Origin: a virus
DNA length: 64,000 nt
Reading direction: 5' to 3' (one strand)
Virus record (IMG/VR): IMGVR_UViG_3300043410_000542
Span: 22,258-86,257 of that record
In this document: piece by piece, positions 58,147 to 64,000 of the stretch
How the letters are laid out: every line of letters begins with the position of its first letter
How positions within the stretch are numbered: position 1 is the first letter of the stretch
Program-made: the position numbers and the translations under genes
Notes under the pieces: model-generated
Databases searched by the model: none
Told to the model about the DNA's origin: nothing
What the model saw: the letters and a program-made list of their open reading frames with translations, nothing else

Positions 58147-58677
58147 TCAACGTTTCCACTCTGCGTAGAGTCTGTTCTTTGTGTCCCAAGAACACTCTAC
58201 TAACTTAAACCCAAACTTATCACTAAGACGCACGTGCTCTAGTACGCTCCATGGATAAAATGGTATCTGTTTGCAATCATCGCTAACGTGATCCTTCAAT
58301 CCAGGATTGCATCGCCAGTAGATTCTCGCCTTCGGCTTTAACAATGAAACAAACTTTGTTATCTGTCGTTCAATGTCACTCGCATCACCGAAGTTAATAC
58401 TACCCAAGCAGAATGCTACATCAAACTTATCCTCAGTAACAAAATCCTCAATAGTACACTTATAGTCAGCTTGGTCGAATGCAGGATCAATGCCCACTAA
58501 GTTCTTAATCAATCCTTTGAATGGATTACTACCGCAACCAACGTCTAATACTGATTCATCGTCAGAAACTTTGTCAACTAATGCCAAGCCTGTCTTGTTG
58601 TACTGAGAAAGGTCTCCGTTTCCGCGATACCAAACTGTGCCGAAGTAATGATTTAAATAATTTTGGTCTATTGTCAT
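58147..58677 (-). CDS. Class I SAM-dependent methyltransferase
   Basis: VLDVGCG, GID, FDVAFCLGSINF, LLKP. Confidence 0.85.
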   Translation of the reverse strand: MTIDQNYLNHYFGTVWYRGNGDLSQYNKTGLALVDKVSDDESVLDVGCGSNPFKGLIKNLVGIDPAFDQADYKCTIEDFVTEDKFDVAFCLGSINFGDASDIERQITKFVSLLKPKARIYWRCNPGLKDHVSDDCKQIPFYPWSVLEHVRLSDKFGFKLVECSWDTKNRLYAEWKR

Positions 58678-58692
58678 ATTAAATAGTTATTT

Positions 58693-59538
58693 ATGAACAA
58701 GCCCAGAGTATTCATTAGATTTTTCCCCGGTGCATCAGGTAACTTCTTTTCATTGTTGTTGCATATGCTATCGCACACGCCTAAACCCGTAGCAGGATTC
58801 ACGGGTCACATACATTCAGATGATGTGTACTCAGGACATAACTTTCGTGAGGGTCACTTTGTAGGTAGCAAGAACCTTCACACACCTAGAGAACTAAATG
58901 AGTTTCGAAGTAAAGTAGAGAACTACACTAAGTATACTAATCCTGAAGCACCGTTGAACGAAGCAGTGTTGTATTTGACTAGTAACTTTAGATTCACTGA
59001 GACCGATAACCCTATCTATACTGTTCCTACACATGCTATGGATCCAAAAGTGTTATTATTCGCATATCATCCTGCAAAACTAATCAACATACAAACTACA
59101 GAAGCAGATTGTGAACAGATATGGTATAACACTGTCATCAAACAAGTGATTCCGAACCAGAAAGAATTGATTACATTAAAGATACTAGAATACTTCAAAA
59201 CAAAGTACCCCGAGAAAGCAAATAGACCTAAGTTTAACAGAGTTGACTTCTCAGACGAACGTTTCTTATGCTATCTGTATAAGTTCAACAGTGAAAGACC
59301 TGAAGGTTATTACAATACATTCAATAATTTTGTGCTGGGCACGGGATATGACTATCTTAACATACCTTTCAGTAGTATTGACGATGAATCATTAGCAGAT
59401 AGATTTGATGAACTTGTAGATTACATGGGTGTCGAGACTGACCCTCAACGAAAAGCAATAGCGAAAGATGCATTGTCTAAATATGCATCAGTACAAATAC
59501 AAAACCCTTATAAGGATCTACACATAGATGATTACTAG
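58693..59538 (+). CDS. Hypothetical protein, possibly sulfotransferase/P-loop-like
   Basis: N-terminal FFPGASGNFFSLLL resembles a degenerate P-loop; ends TAG. Confidence 0.5.
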   Translation: MNKPRVFIRFFPGASGNFFSLLLHMLSHTPKPVAGFTGHIHSDDVYSGHNFREGHFVGSKNLHTPRELNEFRSKVENYTKYTNPEAPLNEAVLYLTSNFRFTETDNPIYTVPTHAMDPKVLLFAYHPAKLINIQTTEADCEQIWYNTVIKQVIPNQKELITLKILEYFKTKYPEKANRPKFNRVDFSDERFLCYLYKFNSERPEGYYNTFNNFVLGTGYDYLNIPFSSIDDESLADRFDELVDYMGVETDPQRKAIAKDALSKYASVQIQNPYKDLHIDDY

Positions 59539-60490
59539 AATTTTAATGTTATTAATGATATGCACTAGCGCACTAGCATGGGAACCAACTAAACCCATCA
59601 CTGTTATTATAGGCAATCAACCCGGCTCAGGTAACGAAATCGGCTTTCGTGCTATTTCAGCAGTAGTCAACAAGACAAACCCCGACGTTACGTTCGTTAT
59701 TGAACTGAAACCTGGTGGTGATAGTGTAGTTGCGATGAACTATATGAATGAAGCTAAACCCGATGGTTACACTGTTGCTATTCCTAGCTATATGAGCACG
59801 TTTGTTACGAATGATATCTGGCAGAAAGACATTAAGAAGTTTCAATATAATAGCTTTACAAACATCATGGGCATGGGAAAGAGTCCATTGTGTATCGTAA
59901 CCAATCCAAACAGTAAAATTAACTCTATCAATGAGTTAGCAGAGTTAGTTAGAACAACAGACAAGCCTATTACGTTTGCAGTAGGTGGCGGCGCACATAG
60001 AATGACGTTTGAGTACTTCATGTTGAAAGCTAAAGGTAACAAGAAGCAAGTCAAATTCACACAATATCCCGGTCCATTACAAGCAGTTACAGCAGTAGCA
60101 AGTAATGCAGGTATAGAATTTGGAATAATGCCTATCTCAGTAGCATTACCTTTAGTTCAAGCAGATAAAGTCAAAGTGCTAGGTATTACAGGTGATAGAA
60201 AGTTAGCAAGATTACCAAACGTAGAACCGATCAGAGTAGGAGGTTCATATATTGATGTGTTCGCTGCCTGGGCGATGGTCTTGCCACCGAACACCCCACC
60301 TGAAATAGTAGAATGGTATAGAAAAACATTCGCTCCGGCATTAAATAGTAATGAAGTAAAGCGTTACTACGAAGAAAACTTGATATTCGTAGACGAGAAA
60401 GAGTTAAACCCAGAAGGATTTATTAAAGGGATTGAGAAATTAAGAGGAGTATGGATTCCTCTGTCTCAGCAAGTAAATCTACTGGACTAA
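59528..60490 (+). CDS. tctC: Tripartite tricarboxylate transporter substrate-binding protein (TctC/Bug family)
   Basis: Signal peptide (ALA|W), PTKPITVIIG..PG, KPGG, AKPDGYT, YPG, PPNTPPEIV. Confidence 0.85.
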   Translation: MITRILMLLMICTSALAWEPTKPITVIIGNQPGSGNEIGFRAISAVVNKTNPDVTFVIELKPGGDSVVAMNYMNEAKPDGYTVAIPSYMSTFVTNDIWQKDIKKFQYNSFTNIMGMGKSPLCIVTNPNSKINSINELAELVRTTDKPITFAVGGGAHRMTFEYFMLKAKGNKKQVKFTQYPGPLQAVTAVASNAGIEFGIMPISVALPLVQADKVKVLGITGDRKLARLPNVEPIRVGGSYIDVFAAWAMVLPPNTPPEIVEWYRKTFAPALNSNEVKRYYEENLIFVDEKELNPEGFIKGIEKLRGVWIPLSQQVNLLD

Positions 60491-60493
60491 GAA

Positions 60494-60581
60494 CACACTA
60501 CCTTAGGACCTTTGCGTTATAAAGTGTGGGCCGGCTGCTGGCCTGAGAAAGCGATTCGCTACCGTGGACTCAAAAGTGAGC
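60494..60581. ncRNA. Candidate structured RNA of unknown class
   Basis: GC-rich intergenic island with several hairpins: CACACT/AGTGTG, GGCCGG-CTG-CTGGCC, AGCG-ATT-CGCT, CTCA-AAAG-TGAG. Confidence 0.4.
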
Positions 60582-60608
60582 ATTTTCCTATTTCTGATAA
60601 ATACTAAT

Positions 60609-61181
60609 ATGAGAGCCAAAGAATTCGCCAACCTTAATACAACATCACATGACGAAGTGGTGCTACAAAAGCTAATCAATAAAGCAAATCTAGGTGATGT
60701 AAAGTCCGCTGTAAAGTTACAGGATCTATTCAAAGGAGCCTTTGGTAAGCCACGTGACTATTGGATCAGAAAGTACAAAAAAGAACTTGAAGAATGTGGC
60801 GTATTCATTTCAGAGGGTGTAGAAACTCCCCAAGACGAACAAAAGATTAAGCACTTTATTGAATGGTCATATAAAGCATTGAACATGCAGGACCCTAAAC
60901 CAAAGTTCCACTTCAGTAGAGACACAGAACAAGCACAAACAGACCATCGTACAGGTATGCACACTGAGGATGGTTCTATTTTGATTTACATTGAGAATAG
61001 AAACTTAGTTGATATCATGCGTACTATATTCCATGAGTTAGTACATCACAGACAGGATCAACTAAACATGATTAAAGATGGGGACAGCTATCCTGGCAGT
61101 CCTATCGAAGCAATGGCAGATATGATGGCTGGAAAGTACATAAAGATTTATGGCAAACAACATCCCGAAATCTTCCAATAA
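60609..61181 (+). CDS. HExxH zinc metallopeptidase-like protein with targeting-type leader
   Basis: Start at ATG 60609 (MRAKEF); RTIFHELVHHRQ...IEAMAD; internal ISE. Confidence 0.7.
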   Translation: MRAKEFANLNTTSHDEVVLQKLINKANLGDVKSAVKLQDLFKGAFGKPRDYWIRKYKKELEECGVFISEGVETPQDEQKIKHFIEWSYKALNMQDPKPKFHFSRDTEQAQTDHRTGMHTEDGSILIYIENRNLVDIMRTIFHELVHHRQDQLNMIKDGDSYPGSPIEAMADMMAGKYIKIYGKQHPEIFQ

Positions 61182-61335
61182 AACACTACAGAAGTTAAGA
61201 GAAGTCCCTGACGATTTATTTGAAGCAGGGAAAGATGATATTGATTTTAAAGCAGAAGTTATTAAAAGACAGTACAAGAAAGATCCTTCAAGTATCTTTA
61301 CTTTGATTAAGAGAATGATAAATGAGAGCAAATGA
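61150..61335 (+). CDS. Small hypothetical protein
   Basis: Fills the gap between two genes, overlapping both ends. Confidence 0.45.
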   Translation: MANNIPKSSNKTLQKLREVPDDLFEAGKDDIDFKAEVIKRQYKKDPSSIFTLIKRMINESK

Positions 61336-62899
61336 ATTCGTCACTGAAATGTTTGAACCCGGTAGAAAGAACTGGGAGTGGGCCCGTCTTGGAACTGACG
61401 AAGTATCTGCTTTTTTCAAAGTAGGTGGTAGAGATTATCTTTGGCAAGCGTTTACGGGGCGTGGTAATCCCAAGAAGTGGGAAATACAATTTCGTTTAAT
61501 AAGAAAGCCCGACACTGACCCTGATGAGTTAGATTTGTTTGGAACAACAGGCACCGGCAATTCAGCGGAAGTAATGTCAACAGCAGTTGATATTACAAGA
61601 GCATTCTTAAAAGAATATGGGCTTGATAGAGTAGAAGAAATTACATTCAATGCTAAAGAAGATAGTCGCATTGGATTATACGCTAAGATGATTAAACGTT
61701 TATTGCCTGGGTGGGACTTGTATAGCAAGAAAGATTCAGTTGATGGTATGGTGTTCTCTCTCACTGACCGCAGAGCATACGACAAGCCTGAAAACAAAAT
61801 TAATGAAGTATTTGAACCTGGCTCTGGTTATCCACTACATTGGGATACTGAATTTGGTCCTGAAGAAATTCACGCACGTGCGTATGATAGACAAGGTCAG
61901 TACATTGACATTCATTTTGTTCCTGTAAGAGACAATATAATTGACATTGAATTCAGTAAGATGGACAACTATGAACTCACTGGCAAAGGTGACGAAATGG
62001 CTATCTTTGCTACAGTAGTTAATGCTATCAGACGATACTTAAAAATGAATCAACCAAAGATTATCATATTCAGCGGTAAAGGTGAAAATCGAGGTGCATT
62101 GTATCAGAAGATGATTAATAGATTAGCTGGACAGTTTGGCTATCAACAGTTTGATACAAGCAAACTAAGCCCACAAGGTCAGTCACAAATAGGTGCTACG
62201 GGTACTAACGTATTCGTATTACGTAAATCATTCAACCAACAAGTCGAAGAAGAAGTATTAGATGAAATGCCTCTTCCCGCTGATTGGGATCAAAGTCAAT
62301 ATGGACCGGGATCATCATTCAAACAAAGATTAGCATACGCATTAGAACGTGCTAAAAAGATCGGCACTGGATCCAGTCGTGTTGCTACTACAATTGAATA
62401 TCAAGGTCGCCCAACAGTATTGAAGATTGCTAAGAACGGAAAAGGCTTGGCACAAAATTCAGTTGAAGCGGACATTTTAAGCGATGGATATGCTAGTCAA
62501 CTTGGTATCTTAATTCCTATTATTGACTATGATGAACAGAATCGTGAACCTACTTGGGTTCACACTGAAATGGCTACTAAAGCTAATGAAAAGCAACTAT
62601 GTAACTTAATGAAGTGTAATTCATTAGGATCATTAGTACGCTATGCTAATGCCATCGCAGGCAAGTATCGTAATGTCACAGCACAGAGTTACCAAGAAGA
62701 AATGATTAACGGCGGTAAATCTGAACGAGACATTGAAACAATGACAGAGTATGCCAATAAACTAGCAGACCTAGCAAACTCGTTTGATGTTGAGTTAGCT
62801 GACTTCGGTAGAGCAGCTAACTGGGGAATATATAACGGTCAACCAGTTGTCATTGACGTTGGCTTTAACAGCAACGTGATGAATCAGTATTACAAATGA
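61322..62899 (+). CDS. Three-module protein: two tandem paralogous domains plus a kinase-like domain
   Basis: VTE|MFEPG and INE|VFEPG modules share TGxG...T.V...F...R..LY.KMI.RL; LDE|MP module has IGTGSSRVA, VLKIA, NSVE, DF...NWG, VIDVG. Confidence 0.7.
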   Translation: MRANEFVTEMFEPGRKNWEWARLGTDEVSAFFKVGGRDYLWQAFTGRGNPKKWEIQFRLIRKPDTDPDELDLFGTTGTGNSAEVMSTAVDITRAFLKEYGLDRVEEITFNAKEDSRIGLYAKMIKRLLPGWDLYSKKDSVDGMVFSLTDRRAYDKPENKINEVFEPGSGYPLHWDTEFGPEEIHARAYDRQGQYIDIHFVPVRDNIIDIEFSKMDNYELTGKGDEMAIFATVVNAIRRYLKMNQPKIIIFSGKGENRGALYQKMINRLAGQFGYQQFDTSKLSPQGQSQIGATGTNVFVLRKSFNQQVEEEVLDEMPLPADWDQSQYGPGSSFKQRLAYALERAKKIGTGSSRVATTIEYQGRPTVLKIAKNGKGLAQNSVEADILSDGYASQLGILIPIIDYDEQNREPTWVHTEMATKANEKQLCNLMKCNSLGSLVRYANAIAGKYRNVTAQSYQEEMINGGKSERDIETMTEYANKLADLANSFDVELADFGRAANWGIYNGQPVVIDVGFNSNVMNQYYK

Positions 62900-63432
62900 G
62901 AGCAAGCGAACTAACTAAGAATAGATGGGCACTAATTGTATCAGACCCTGAGAAACATCAGTGGTCAGATAACCTCATCCAACTCGTTAATAATGCATAT
63001 CAGAATACAAGTCTAGGATCATTCGTTAACTCTGCACAAGAAGTTGCAGCTAGTGATTGGGTGGCATTAGATTGGGACCCGCAACCAGATTTAGATTGCA
63101 CTGTGTTCTATCGCAGAGCAAGACCAAACGAACATTGGACTGGTTATAAGATTCAAGGCATCGGTCATGACGGTAAACAAGAATCAAAACAAAAAGTCAT
63201 TCAACGAGTTAAAGCGTTGTTAGGTAAGCCGGGTACATGGATTGAATCTAGTGACGCTATGGCACGTACATTAGGTAAGCTAGGACTGCAACCTGTTACA
63301 GACGAACAAACATTAAATACATTGTTCCCTGGATCTAACTTAAAGATGTTAGACCAAAATGGTACCTATGAGCGTGATGCAGGTGGCTCACGCATACGTG
63401 AGCAAGTATTCGGAAACCCGGTGACAAAATGA
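62896..63432 (+). CDS. Hypothetical protein with targeting-type leader
   Basis: MRASEL start; ATGA-coupled on both sides. Confidence 0.75.
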   Translation: MRASELTKNRWALIVSDPEKHQWSDNLIQLVNNAYQNTSLGSFVNSAQEVAASDWVALDWDPQPDLDCTVFYRRARPNEHWTGYKIQGIGHDGKQESKQKVIQRVKALLGKPGTWIESSDAMARTLGKLGLQPVTDEQTLNTLFPGSNLKMLDQNGTYERDAGGSRIREQVFGNPVTK

Positions 63433-64000
63433 GAGCAAGAGAATTTATCAACGAAGAAGTCAACCCTGATATTCGTCACTCTGAATTCAAACATGAATTA
63501 GAGATACATGGATTGCGTTATACTGCTGAAACAGACAATAATTCAGGTTACGGTAATCAACTTATCATCAAAGTATACGATGGCAACAAAGAGGTTGCTA
63601 ACGCTGAGTTCTACGAAGAACCACACGACAAAGCATTGATTAGTATGAACACTTGGGTTATTAGTGCCTACCAAGGACAGAATATCGCAACTAACATGTA
63701 TGCTTATGCTAAGATGTTGGGCAATGATATTATGCCTAGCGATACACAAACCGACCAAGGTGAAAGAATGTGGCGCTCTTGGAACCAATCAGGCCAATCT
63801 AAACATATCTTGCCAAAAGGTCAAAAAGGCTACAGAGAACTAGATGAAGACACTGGTACATTCTCTAAAGTAATGACACATGAGACAAGCCCAGAAGCTG
63901 CGGCAATCATTATGAAAACCGGATTCAGACCCAGTCGCACTGGTATCTTCTTTAACGTTGCAGGTACTAACTACAGCGGTGGAGGTTACGGTGGTACAGA
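63429..64000 (+). CDS. Partial multi-module protein: GNAT-like domain, then an ADP-ribosyltransferase-like start
   Basis: Not in the ORF track; read manually: MRAREFINEE...WVISAYQGQNIATNMY...QTDQGERMW...LDE|...HETSPEAAAIIMKTGFRPSRTGIFF; open to the window end. Confidence 0.65.
   Translation, partial: MRAREFINEEVNPDIRHSEFKHELEIHGLRYTAETDNNSGYGNQLIIKVYDGNKEVANAEFYEEPHDKALISMNTWVISAYQGQNIATNMYAYAKMLGNDIMPSDTQTDQGERMWRSWNQSGQSKHILPKGQKGYRELDEDTGTFSKVMTHETSPEAAAIIMKTGFRPSRTGIFFNVAGTNYSGGGYGGT

Larger units (their letters stand above)
600..60603. promoter_or_regulatory. Recurrent T4-late-like promoter (G/A/T)ATAAATA
   Basis: Copies (core TAAATA) at 600(-), 3555, 6319(-), 6368, 10081, 11910, 12731, 13242, 16232, 24787, 29637, 35287, 38564, 39614, 50120, 52719, 53500, 58680, 60596, each just upstream of a gene start. 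Confidence 0.8.

Noticed and set aside
60529-60581. HDV-like/theta ribozyme or tRNA (starts GGCCGGC)
   Set aside because: Could not build the nested pseudoknot or a cloverleaf; kept only as an unclassified structured element.
1-64000. Alternative genetic code (stop codon reassignment), as in some large phages
   Set aside because: Genes are intact and densely packed under the standard code; TAA, TGA and at least one TAG (59536-59538) end genes.

Overview
This 64-kb window is part of a large, AT-rich, T4-like (myovirus-type) tailed phage genome, densely coding and mostly on the + strand. It holds neck, sheath, tube and head-completion genes and a 1909-aa Gly/Asn-rich fibre-like protein. It also holds a GH19 endolysin, a holin-like gene and an ~11-kb array of tail-fibre/receptor-binding genes. 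Replication and metabolic genes include a clamp loader, a dnaE fragment, dNMP kinase, MazG and PhoH, and there is a host-like proteostasis set (GroES, DnaJ, ClpA, Pth2, Dps, papain-like protease). A T4-late-like promoter (G/A/T)ATAAATA precedes many genes, often inside RBS-hiding hairpins or so close to the ATG that the mRNA must be leaderless. The most interesting signal is a family of late proteins with N-termini resembling the T4 capsid-targeting sequence (M-R/K-x-x-E/Q-F/L-x-x-E). Several are long 'beads-on-a-string' polyproteins whose unrelated modules are separated by [LIV]-x-E motifs, the specificity of the T4 prohead protease. Their modules include nucleotidyltransferase, kinase-like, GNAT-like, ART-like, HExxH and GP88-like domains, plus an internal twin-arginine signal-like peptide. 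I infer a protease-matured cargo of virion-packaged, co-injected effectors. No tRNA, rRNA, CRISPR array or integrase was recognised. All family assignments come from motif recognition by eye, not from database searches.
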